The position numbers and the translations under genes are program-made. Below are positions 45,957 to 54,551 of a DNA stretch of 64,000 nucleotides, in pieces (position 1 is the stretch's first letter; each line of letters starts with the position of its first letter). This DNA comes from Planctomycetota bacterium (GTDB lineage: Bacteria > Planctomycetota > MHYJ01 > WSZJ01). The DNA is taken from NCBI GenBank assembly GCA_009773755.1, contig WSZJ01000008.1, positions 9,160 through 73,159 on the forward strand, in the 5' to 3' direction. The notes below the pieces were generated by a model that did no database searches, was not told the origin of the DNA, and worked only from the letters and a program-made list of their open reading frames with translations.

Positions 45957-46677
45957 CCCGGGGCCGGCCCGCGGCATGCCGCGGGCCTACTTCCACAAAC
46001 CGGAGGTTTCCGTCGGTGGGGCGCAGGGCCCCGGACGAGGTTTTCTGCTCGCTCTTCACCACCAGGCCGGGCATCTCCCGGCTTTCCCACACCTTGCTCT
46101 CCGCCTTCTGTCCCTCGATCTCCAGCACCACCGTCTTCACCCAGCACGCCACTTCCTTCTCGCCGATTTTGACCGCTTCCGACAGCTTCGTCACGGCGCT
46201 CGTTTCCGTGCGGCAGCCCCCCGGCACGACGAGCTTCTTCTCCGACTTCACCTCCAGCGGCGCCCCGGCGACCTCCGTGATCCAGACCGTCCAAAGGCTT
46301 TTTTTGTCCGAGCTCGTCGCAATCCGCACCGAACACTTCAGTTTCTGCCCGTCGATTTCCAGTTCCTCGTTCCCCTTTTCCTCCCACGTCCACTCCGGCG
46401 CCGCGGACGGCGTGAGCGGAAACTTCACGTCGGTGACGGGAAGCGCGTTCCCGCCCATGGAGGTCTCGATCTTGAGGGCGTAGAAGTCGGCGGTGACCTC
46501 GGTCAGGGTGAACTTCGACTCCTCGACCATTTCCTCGCCTGAGAGCTTCGCCGTTGTTTTTATTTTCACGAAGCTCCCCGCCTTGAACTTCGTCCAGCGA
46601 TCGGAGAAGGCGTCGGCGTCTGCGGAAGAACGGATGGCGAGGAGGGCAAGAAGAGCGATGGACAGCAGGCGGAGCAT
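45700..46677 (-). CDS. Secreted hypothetical protein (3' end uncertain)
   Basis: Signal peptide MLRLLSIALLALLAIRSSADA followed by ~210 aa of non-biased, beta-rich sequence. The last ~90 codons of the ORF are Arg/Pro-rich and overlap the HAD gene out of frame. Confidence 0.5.
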   Translation of the reverse strand: MLRLLSIALLALLAIRSSADADAFSDRWTKFKAGSFVKIKTTAKLSGEEMVEESKFTLTEVTADFYALKIETSMGGNALPVTDVKFPLTPSAAPEWTWEEKGNEELEIDGQKLKCSVRIATSSDKKSLWTVWITEVAGAPLEVKSEKKLVVPGGCRTETSAVTKLSEAVKIGEKEVACWVKTVVLEIEGQKAESKVWESREMPGLVVKSEQKTSSGALRPTDGNLRFVEVGPRHAAGRPRDARPDFRPGRDACGDAAGYRGCGESRASGGRACGNRGRPHHDVCRRGRRKTDRAVPRCATGSLRACHGRVDGALRSPSARHDDPV

Positions 46678-46795
46678 GCGGCGATCTCCTTAGAGTGGGG
46701 GAAGCGTAGGGCCTGACCCCATACCTCGTCAACGGCGCCGGAGTGGAAGGGTTCAAGTTGAGTATTCCCCGCCGGACGCTCATCATCTCTCCCTG

Positions 46796-47860
46796 ATGCC
46801 TCCCCCACTCCGCGTCCTCCTCCTCATCACCGAACTCGACCCCGGCGGCGCCGAGAAGCAGCTTTTTCACCTCGCAACCGGTCTCGACCGCTCCCGCTTC
46901 GATCCCCGGGTCCTCTGCCTGCGAGGCTTCGGCGCGGTCGGCGAGGCGCTGGTCAAGGCGGGCGTCCCGGCCGAGACGCTGGGCATGAAACGAAAATGGG
47001 ACATCGGCGCGCCCTTCCGGCTCAAGCGCAAGCTCGTCGAACTGAAGCCGGACATTCTCCACTCGTTCCTCTTCCATGCCAACATGCTCGGCCGCCTGGT
47101 CGCCCGGCGGGCCGGGGTGCGGGTGGTGATCGGAAGCGTCCGGGTCTGCGAGACGCGCAAGCACCACCTGATGTGGGACCGGCTGACGCAGGGGCAGATG
47201 GACTGCGAGACGTGCGTTTGCGAAGCGGTCCGGGAATACACGGAGCGGGTCGCGGGGATTGAAGCGGGCAAACTGGTGGTAGTGCGGAATGGTGTCGAGC
47301 TCCCCGCGCTCGAAGGGATCGACCGGTCGAGGCCGGAAGCGCTTTTCGTGGGCCGCCTCGAACCTCAGAAGGACCTGCGGACGCTGCTGGCGGCATGGCC
47401 GCTGGTGAGGAAGCGGGTACCGGACGCGCGGCTGAGAATTGTGGGAAAGGGGCCGCAGGAGGCCGAACTACGCGCGCTCGGCGTCGAGGGAGTTGACTGG
47501 TGCGGGTTCCATGAGGACGTGGCGCCGTTCTGGCGCAGCGCGCGAGCGCTGGTGCTGCCGAGCAAGTGGGAGGGACTTCCGAACGTGGTGCTCGAGGCGA
47601 TGTCGTGGGGGCTGCCGGTCGTTGCGACGGCGGTAGGCGGTTCGGTGGAACTGGTGCGCGAGGGGAAAACCGGGTATCTCGCGGCGCCGGGCGAGCCGCT
47701 TACGCTTGCGGACCGCGTAGCTCGCGTCCTGGAGGACCAGGACATGGCGCGAGCGATGGGAAACGCGGGTCGTGAGCTTGCCGGGAGCGAGTACACGATT
47801 TCGGGGATGGTGAAGGCGAACGAGGAACTCTACGACCGCCTGCTGCGTCAGAAAGTCTGA
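46796..47860 (+). CDS. GT4-family glycosyltransferase
   Basis: Motifs ELDPGGAEKQ and LPSKWEGLPNVVLEAMSWGLPVVATAVGG (E-x7-E region). Confidence 0.8.
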   Translation: MPPPLRVLLLITELDPGGAEKQLFHLATGLDRSRFDPRVLCLRGFGAVGEALVKAGVPAETLGMKRKWDIGAPFRLKRKLVELKPDILHSFLFHANMLGRLVARRAGVRVVIGSVRVCETRKHHLMWDRLTQGQMDCETCVCEAVREYTERVAGIEAGKLVVVRNGVELPALEGIDRSRPEALFVGRLEPQKDLRTLLAAWPLVRKRVPDARLRIVGKGPQEAELRALGVEGVDWCGFHEDVAPFWRSARALVLPSKWEGLPNVVLEAMSWGLPVVATAVGGSVELVREGKTGYLAAPGEPLTLADRVARVLEDQDMARAMGNAGRELAGSEYTISGMVKANEELYDRLLRQKV

Positions 47861-48143
47861 GCTCAAAGCGACATAGGGCTGGAGGCGGTCTCCCGATCCT
47901 GCGAAAACAGAGGCCCCAAAAAATATTCCGCATCTGGCGCGCCGTTTGAAAACGGCAAGGAACTTGTCAGCACCCTGAACACTTCCATTGCATTTCAGGC
48001 CCTGGTTGTAACTGCGATTGACACTTTCAACGATTGTGCCACCGTTGAAAAGTCATATCATATTGTGGCGCAAGGACTTAAGAAATTTGATTGCCACGGC
48101 ACATCCCTTGCTTTAATCCTCCCTCGTCCAAGGAAACAAGCCA
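47861..48143. promoter_or_regulatory. AT-enriched 283-nt non-coding region upstream of the FHA gene (probable promoter/leader)
   Basis: G+C is clearly lower than in flanking DNA. The region contains TTGACA (about 48019) and small hairpins, including TTTCAACG...CGTTGAAA at about 48026-48051. No convincing -35/-10 pair could be fixed. Confidence 0.25.
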
Positions 48144-50078
48144 ATGCTCACGGTAACCATCGAGCTGGACGGGAAAGAGACGACCCGGCACCTCGACGGG
48201 AAATCAACCGTGATCGGACGCTCCCGTTCCTCGGACATCCGGATCGATCACCCCAGGGTTTCCGGCCGTCACGCAAGAATCCAGATCGCTGACGACGGAA
48301 CCGCGGAGCTGGTCGATGCCGGAAGCCGGAACGGCCTCCTGGTCAACGATGTGAAGGTCGACCGCGTCGCCGTGACTGACGGGCTCGCCGTAACGATCGG
48401 TCCAGCCCGATTCCTCTTCTTAACAGGCGGTGGCCAGGCCCGAGCGGAAAGTCTGCAGCGGTTGCAGCTTCCGGACCCCGGAGCGTCGGGAATCTCCCCC
48501 CCTCCCGCCCCCGGCTCGGGCCTGGGAACCACCCGCCGTGGCGAGGTCAGCGCCACAGGCGCTGACCCCGTCACGGCGGCCCTGAGCGAGGGTGAGCGAA
48601 GCGAGCCCCAGTCGAAGGGCTCTACCGAGCCACCGCCAAAAATCGAAGCAGCGCCTGCTTCCCATTCTCCAGCCGCTTCCCTCCTCGCCGAGCTCGTCAG
48701 GAAGTCGGCGAAATCGGAAACACCTGCTCTCGAGGTGGCCCCTCCTCCCTCCCCATCTCTCTCATCCCCCAAACTCCTCGCCCCCTCCCGTCGCGCCGTC
48801 CTGCGAGCACGCGACCGCCGCTTCACCCTCAAATCCCTCGTCGCCGCCGCCACCGCTTCCGGCTCCCTCGCGCTGTCCCTCGGCATCCACGGTTTCATCG
48901 CGCTTCTCCTCACCGTCTGCGTCTACCGCCACTACATCACCGCGCCGCCGTCTCCGATCACCATCACACTCGCCCCGCCGAAGTCGATCTTCATTCCACC
49001 CGCGGACGCGTGGCAGGGGGACGGAAAGGGGATCCCGGACGGAGCCGATGCGCCGAAATTGACCAAGCGTCCCGCGACGCCGGACTTCGCGGATCAGGCG
49101 ACGGAGCCCGAACTGTCGATGGATGCGACCGCGCTCCCGGATTCAGCCCCCGTTCCCGACGCCTCGCCGCGAGCCTCTTCCGCCCCCCGTCCCGCGATTT
49201 CGCTGTCGAAGCGGAGCGCGATGAAGAAGCTGGTGAAGCTGGAGCTGGTGCCGGACGACGGGTCGTGGGAGAAGGGGCTGAAGCCGGTGCCCGGGCTGCC
49301 GGTGGAGAAGAAGATCGGCGGGAAGCCGAACGACGCCGTGGACATCAAGCCCGGCGACGACCCGGCGGAGCTGGTGCGCGGCAATCTCGAGAACGGGCAG
49401 CAGGGGGGGTGGAAGACGGTCGCGATGATGGAAGCGGGCGAAATCGCGGTCGTGACGGGTGAATACGACACGGTGCAGCGCGTGCTGGACAAGCTGAAGC
49501 TGCGGTACACGACGATTGAGCCGCGGAAATTCGGCGGGGTGAAGCTGAGCAGCGTGAAAGTGCTGATCATCAATTGCCCCGGCGAGCTGGACGGTTCGGG
49601 GATCCTGAAGCTGCGGAGTTACGTCGACAAGGGCGGCTGGGTCGTGAGCACGGACTGGGCGCTGTCTCCGATCAAGGAAGCGTTTCCGGGGTATCTGAGG
49701 AACGTGTCGCTGTCGCCCGAGACGTGGGTCGGAATCGAGGAGGCGGAGGGGGCGAAAGGAGATCCTCTGCTGAAGGACGTTTTCAATTTCAAAGGGGACG
49801 CGACGAAGTGGTACCTGGAAGAGCGGTCGTACCTGTTCAAGGTAGACGATAAGGCGAAGGAGAAAGTGAAAGTGCTGATCGAGAGCGCGGAGATGAAGAA
49901 GAAGTGGGGGACGGGGTGTGTGGCGGCGACGTTTGACTATGGAAAGGGGCGAGTGCTGCACATTGTGAGTCACCTGCAGCAGGTCTCGACGGACCCGAAG
50001 GCGCACTACTCGATGTACCAGTTCCTCGCGAACTGGCTGATTGGCGCCGCGGGGGTGGTGAGGGAAGAGAAGAAGTAG
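48144..50078 (+). CDS. FHA-domain protein with a Pro-rich linker, a TM segment and a C-terminal globular domain
   Basis: The N-terminal FHA pattern is STVIGRSRSSDIRIDHPRVSGRHARI...NGLLVND. The TM segment is LALSLGIHGFIALLLTVCVY. The C-terminal ~230 aa are non-biased. Confidence 0.8.
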   Translation: MLTVTIELDGKETTRHLDGKSTVIGRSRSSDIRIDHPRVSGRHARIQIADDGTAELVDAGSRNGLLVNDVKVDRVAVTDGLAVTIGPARFLFLTGGGQARAESLQRLQLPDPGASGISPPPAPGSGLGTTRRGEVSATGADPVTAALSEGERSEPQSKGSTEPPPKIEAAPASHSPAASLLAELVRKSAKSETPALEVAPPPSPSLSSPKLLAPSRRAVLRARDRRFTLKSLVAAATASGSLALSLGIHGFIALLLTVCVYRHYITAPPSPITITLAPPKSIFIPPADAWQGDGKGIPDGADAPKLTKRPATPDFADQATEPELSMDATALPDSAPVPDASPRASSAPRPAISLSKRSAMKKLVKLELVPDDGSWEKGLKPVPGLPVEKKIGGKPNDAVDIKPGDDPAELVRGNLENGQQGGWKTVAMMEAGEIAVVTGEYDTVQRVLDKLKLRYTTIEPRKFGGVKLSSVKVLIINCPGELDGSGILKLRSYVDKGGWVVSTDWALSPIKEAFPGYLRNVSLSPETWVGIEEAEGAKGDPLLKDVFNFKGDATKWYLEERSYLFKVDDKAKEKVKVLIESAEMKKKWGTGCVAATFDYGKGRVLHIVSHLQQVSTDPKAHYSMYQFLANWLIGAAGVVREEKK

Positions 50079-50082
50079 CCGT

Positions 50083-50264
50083 CCGTTCCCTTTCCCTTTC
50101 CCTTTCCCGTTCCCGTTCCCGACTGCGACGGCGCAGCGCGCACCCGCTTTGATCTCTCGCGCCGCAAATGACCCGACGCCCTTAATCTTCGCCGGCGTTG
50201 ACGCTTGGAGAATTCGGTGCCTTGTCGCAATCGGGAAAGGGAACGGGAAAGGGAAAGGGAACGG
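50083..50264. repeat. Inverted repeat of CCCTTT/CCCGTT hexamers with a 108-nt spacer
   Basis: The arms are 50083-50122 (CCGTTCCCTTTCCCTTTCCCTTTCCCGTTCCCGTTCCCGA) and 50231-50264 (TCGGGAAAGGGAACGGGAAAGGGAAAGGGAACGG), with 6 versus 5 units. The element lies between the FHA gene stop and the radical SAM gene start. Confidence 0.9.
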
Positions 50265-50350
50265 CACAGCCACGGCTCGCCTTGCGGAAGCCCCCCTCCC
50301 CCCTTAACATCCCCTTGGTAAAGTCTTCCCCTTCGCAAAGGTTTCCCCCG

Positions 50351-52813
50351 ATGTTCCACGACAATTCCATCCTCCACGCCCCGCCTCTTCTCCAGTTCGG
50401 CGAGAACGGCGCTCGCGTGCTCGTGGACCCCGACGGCCCCAACTGGGTTGCGACCGACCCGCGCGGCGCAGCGATTCTCGGCTGGGTGGACGGCCACCGC
50501 ACGGTGCGAGACATCGCCGACCGTTACGCGCGCGAATTCGCCGTCGAGCCGGCGAAAGCCTGGATCCACGTCCGCACCGCGATTGAGGACGGACTTCGCA
50601 CTCACCTGCTCGGCGAAAAACCGTTCACGCGCAGTCCCTACGCCGGACGCGCCGCGCACAAGAAACCGCAGTTGCGGGAACTGTGGATCCAGGTCAACAA
50701 CCTCTGCAACCTGACTTGCTCGCATTGCCTCGTCTCAAGCGGGCCGGAGGGGGCGAAAGGGTTTTCGCGGGAAGTTCTTTTCGGCGTCGCCGACCAGGCC
50801 GTCGCGCTCGGCGTGAAGGAATTCTTCGTCACGGGCGGCGAGCCGTTCTTGCGCGAGGACATTTACGACTTCATCGCGAAGGTCACCGCGACGGCCGGCC
50901 TCACGATCCTCACCAACGGAACACGCTGCGACGCGAAGCGGCTCGCGGCGCTTCCCCACCGCGACCGCCTGCGGCTGCAGATCTCGTGCGAAGGCGCGAC
51001 GCCGGCAACGAACGACCCGGTGCGCGGCGAGGGGACGTTTGAGCGGATCGTGAAGGGAGTGAAGGAACTGGTGTCGGCGGGGGTGCCGCACCTGACGCTG
51101 TCGTGCGTGGTCACAAATAAAAACATCGATGAGCTGCCGGCGTTCCCGGCGCTCGCGAAAAAGCTCGGCATCGAGTCGGTGCACTTCATGTGGCTCCACA
51201 AGCGCGGCCGGGCGATCGAACCGGGCAGCGACTTCTTCGTTCCGGTCGATCGCCTGATCCGGCAGATGCGCGCGACGAGGAAAGCTGCAGTCGTGGCCGG
51301 CGTGCGCGTCGACAACGACGAGGCCTTCAGGCTGCGGCTCGACCGCGCCGCCGGCGACAAGCTCGACCTCGGCAACGCGGGCGTCGAGTCGCTCTGCGTG
51401 AATTACGATGGCAAGGTCTACCCGAGCGCTTCGTTCAGCGGCGTGCCGGAGCTCCTCTGCGGCGACATCGCGACGCAGAAGCTCGACGCGATCCTGCGCG
51501 ACGCCCCCGTCTGCCGCGAATTCCAGCGGGCGTCCGTCCGCGAAAAGGCCCTCTGCCACGACTGCCCGCTCAAGTTCCTCTGCGGCGGAGGCGACATCGA
51601 ACACTCCTACTGGGCCTCGGGCGGCTCCGTGCTGGGCGCCGATCCCTACTGCGAACTCTGGAAGGCGACCATCGCCGACCAGTTCGAGGCGATGTCACAG
51701 GAAGCGCTGTCCCAGGTGAACCGGAAGTCGGGCTTCGACGCGCCCTACGCGGTCCGCGCGATGGGACAGGGCGAAAAACACTGCGCGAGCGAATACCGGC
51801 CGCTTCCCGGCGAAGTCACGGTCTCCACGACTCACTCGAACTGCGTGCTGTCCGTCGACATCGACCAGGCGCGGCAGCGCGTCCGAAAGTACTACGGAAA
51901 GGCGGCGGAAGAGCCCAAACAGGAGCTCTGCTGCCCGACCTCGTACCCGAAAGACCACATCGGTCACATCCCGAAGGACGTCATCGACCGCTTCTACGGC
52001 TGCGGCTCCCCCGTTGCTCTCACCGAACTCAAGGAAGGCGAAACGCACCTCGACCTGGGAAGCGGCGCCGGCATCGACTGCTTCATTGCGAGCAAGTTCG
52101 TCGGGAAGACGGGCAAATCGATCGGCGTGGACATGACCGACGAGATGCTCAAGGTGGCGCACGCGTGCAGGCCGATCGTCGCGAAGAATCTCGGCTGGTC
52201 GAACGTCGACTTCCGCAAAGGCTTCCTGGAAACGCTTCCCGTCGAGCCCGCGAGCGTCGACTGCGTGACGTCGAACTGCGTGATCAACCTGAGCCCGGAC
52301 AAGTCGAAGGTGTTTGCGGAAATGTGGCGCGTCCTGAGGGATCACGGCCGGATCGTGGTCAGCGACATCGTGAGCGAGATCGAGGTGCCGGCGCACCTGC
52401 GCGGCAACGAGCGGCTCTGGGGCGAATGCCTGAGCGGCGCGCTGACGGAGGACGCGTTCATGGCGGGACTGGAAAAAGCCGGGTTCTACGGCGTGCAGGT
52501 TCTCAAGAAGGTCTACTGGAAGAACGTCGACCAGTTCGCGTTCTACTCCGTGACGGTCCGCGGCTACAAGTTCGAGAAGAAGGCGGGCTGCGTCTACGTC
52601 GGCCAGACCGCGATCTACCAGGGGCCGGCGAAGGCGATCGTCGACGAGGAGGGGCACTTCTTCCCGCGAGGCGTCGCCGTCGAAGTCTGCACCGACACCG
52701 CCGCGAAGCTGCAGAAGGCGCCCTGGCTGGGGATGTTCGCCGTCACCGATCCAACCCGCGAGCGCCCCGCCGACTGGCAATGCTGCGGCGCCGACGGCAA
52801 GTGCTGCCCATGA
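50351..52813 (+). CDS. Fusion protein: PqqD-like N-terminal domain, radical SAM core with SPASM/twitch-like Cys cluster, ArsM-like SAM methyltransferase and Cys-rich tail
   Basis: The ATG is at 50351. The PqqD-like segment is WVATDPRGAAILGWVDGHRTVRDIADRYAREFAVEPAKAWIHVRTAIEDGL. The radical SAM motif is CNLTCSHC and the Cys cluster is CHDCPLKFLCGGG...DPYC. The methyltransferase part has CCPTSYP, YGCGSP, LDLGSGAGID, SNCVINLSPDK and WGECLSGAL. The tail is WQCCGADGKCCP. Confidence 0.8.
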   Translation: MFHDNSILHAPPLLQFGENGARVLVDPDGPNWVATDPRGAAILGWVDGHRTVRDIADRYAREFAVEPAKAWIHVRTAIEDGLRTHLLGEKPFTRSPYAGRAAHKKPQLRELWIQVNNLCNLTCSHCLVSSGPEGAKGFSREVLFGVADQAVALGVKEFFVTGGEPFLREDIYDFIAKVTATAGLTILTNGTRCDAKRLAALPHRDRLRLQISCEGATPATNDPVRGEGTFERIVKGVKELVSAGVPHLTLSCVVTNKNIDELPAFPALAKKLGIESVHFMWLHKRGRAIEPGSDFFVPVDRLIRQMRATRKAAVVAGVRVDNDEAFRLRLDRAAGDKLDLGNAGVESLCVNYDGKVYPSASFSGVPELLCGDIATQKLDAILRDAPVCREFQRASVREKALCHDCPLKFLCGGGDIEHSYWASGGSVLGADPYCELWKATIADQFEAMSQEALSQVNRKSGFDAPYAVRAMGQGEKHCASEYRPLPGEVTVSTTHSNCVLSVDIDQARQRVRKYYGKAAEEPKQELCCPTSYPKDHIGHIPKDVIDRFYGCGSPVALTELKEGETHLDLGSGAGIDCFIASKFVGKTGKSIGVDMTDEMLKVAHACRPIVAKNLGWSNVDFRKGFLETLPVEPASVDCVTSNCVINLSPDKSKVFAEMWRVLRDHGRIVVSDIVSEIEVPAHLRGNERLWGECLSGALTEDAFMAGLEKAGFYGVQVLKKVYWKNVDQFAFYSVTVRGYKFEKKAGCVYVGQTAIYQGPAKAIVDEEGHFFPRGVAVEVCTDTAAKLQKAPWLGMFAVTDPTRERPADWQCCGADGKCCP

Positions 52814-53919
52814 CGGCAGCCCTCGTCATCGCAGTCCTCGCCGTCGCCTTCGCGAACGGGGCCAACGACAACGTCAAGGGCGTCGCGACGATTCTCGGTT
52901 CGCGCACCGCGCGCTACCGGACCGCCATGGCGTGGGCGACGATCACGACGCTCGCCGGAGCCGTGGTGTCTATCTGGTTTGCGGAAGCGCTGTTCAAGGT
53001 CTTCGGCGGCGCGGACCTCGTCCCGGCCGGAGTTGCGGCGACGCCGGTGTTCCTGTTCAGCGCGGCGTGCGGCGCGGCGGGAGCCGTGCTCATCGCCACC
53101 GTGCTGGGCCTCCCGATTTCAACGACCCACGGCCTCATGGGCGCGCTTCTCGGCGCCGGCCTGGTCCTCGCCCCCCAGGATCTCCGCTGGAGCGTCCTCG
53201 GATCCAAGTTCGCGCTTCCCCTCGCCCTCTCCCCCGTAGCCGCCATGCTCGCGACGCTCGTCCTCTACCCGCTATTTCGCGGCGCACGCAAATCGCTCGG
53301 CGTAACGGCCGAATCCTGCGTCTGCATCGGACAGAAAGTTGTCGCGACGTGCCCGACTCCCGCCGCCGCCGTCGCTTACATGGAACAGCACGTCGTCCCC
53401 ACCCTCGAAACCGGCACCACCGCCTGCTGCACCCAGCGCTACAACGGCGCCGTCGCCGGCGTCTCCGCCCAGCAGGCCCTCGACTCCGCCCATTTCCTCA
53501 CCGCCGGAGCCATGTCCTTCGCCCGCGGCCTCAACGACGCGCCGAAAATCGCCGCGCTCGCCGTGGCCGCCAGCATCATGGGCGTTCGTGGAAGCGTCGC
53601 CCTCGTCGCCGCCGCGATGGCGGTCGGCGGGATCGCGCTCGCGAAGAAAGTCGCGCGGACGATGAGCGAGCGAGTCGCGGAGATGAACACCGGCCAGGGT
53701 TTCACCGCCTCCCTCGTCACCTCGGCGCTCGTCATCAGCGCCACCGCCTTCGGCCTCCCCGTCTCCACAACCCACGTCTCCTGCGGCGCCCTCTTCGGCA
53801 TCGGCACCGTCAACGGCTCGGCGAAGTGGAAGATGATCTGCACAATTCTGCTCGCGTGGGTGACGACTCTCCCCGTCGCGGCGCTGATCGCAATGGCGGG
53901 CGCGGCAATTCTGAAATAG
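52810..53919 (+). CDS. PiT (Pho4)-family inorganic anion transporter, divergent
   Basis: The ATG at 52810 overlaps the upstream TGA (ATGA). There are ~10 hydrophobic helices. Duplicated signature-like motifs are FANGANDNVKGVAT (N-half) and FARGLNDAPKIAAL (C-half). Confidence 0.7.
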   Translation: MTAALVIAVLAVAFANGANDNVKGVATILGSRTARYRTAMAWATITTLAGAVVSIWFAEALFKVFGGADLVPAGVAATPVFLFSAACGAAGAVLIATVLGLPISTTHGLMGALLGAGLVLAPQDLRWSVLGSKFALPLALSPVAAMLATLVLYPLFRGARKSLGVTAESCVCIGQKVVATCPTPAAAVAYMEQHVVPTLETGTTACCTQRYNGAVAGVSAQQALDSAHFLTAGAMSFARGLNDAPKIAALAVAASIMGVRGSVALVAAAMAVGGIALAKKVARTMSERVAEMNTGQGFTASLVTSALVISATAFGLPVSTTHVSCGALFGIGTVNGSAKWKMICTILLAWVTTLPVAALIAMAGAAILK

Positions 53920-53945
53920 CCGGTTCCCTGCTAGCATCGCGTCCG

Positions 53946-54551
53946 ATGAGCAGTTACGGAAATCTGAATTCGACGGAGTCGCTCGGCTCCGAACCCGATC
54001 TCGTAAGCGGGCAGCTGATCGCCTGCGGCAAATACATCGTGCCTGTCGGATGGATGTTTGCTGCGTCCTCATCGGACCGGATTCGCGGTGTCTCGCCGGA
54101 AGACGAATTCGAGTTTTTTTTCTATCGCGTTCCGAAGCAGATGGCTCTTGTCCGGCTTCAGACCGCTGTAACCACGTTGAAGAGGGACCGATATTTCTGG
54201 AGCGTATTCCACCACCTCGAAGGACTTGTAGGCGAGATCTCCGACGCGCCTCACTCTCGCCTCGAGATCGAGTTCTCGGAACTGATTGCTATGGGCCACG
54301 AGCCATTCCTCGAGCAGGCGGCGCGCGCGGTCGATGAATTGCCCAGTTTCCTTGCGTCCATTATTGCCGGGGACCGAAGCGCCGCACTCAAGCAGCTCAA
54401 CTCGCTCGAGGAATTGTGCGGAATGAAATTGACGGGGAATTCGACGACGGACGAACCGGCATGGAAGGGAGACATGAAATTCCTTGGGATTCCTACGGCC
54501 GAAGAACTCTGCCGATGGTGGGTTCGCGGTCACTTCAAATCGGAGTTCTAG
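53946..54551 (+). CDS. Hypothetical protein (201 aa)
   Basis: The ATG lies 26 nt after the PiT stop. Composition is non-biased, G+C is lower than in the neighbours, and no motif was recognised. Confidence 0.5.
   Translation: MSSYGNLNSTESLGSEPDLVSGQLIACGKYIVPVGWMFAASSSDRIRGVSPEDEFEFFFYRVPKQMALVRLQTAVTTLKRDRYFWSVFHHLEGLVGEISDAPHSRLEIEFSELIAMGHEPFLEQAARAVDELPSFLASIIAGDRSAALKQLNSLEELCGMKLTGNSTTDEPAWKGDMKFLGIPTAEELCRWWVRGHFKSEF

Noticed and set aside
46740-46790. tRNA-like T-loop sequence GGGTTCAAGTTGAG
   Set aside because: The flanking bases do not form a T-arm or an acceptor stem. No cloverleaf could be drawn here or in any other intergenic region.
51190-52809. Upstream ~540 codons of the 909-aa ORF that contains the PiT transporter, and the antisense ORF at 51695-52780
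   Set aside because: Both overlap the radical SAM/methyltransferase gene off-frame or antisense and are Arg/Pro/Gly-rich. The transporter helices begin at the ATG at 52810.
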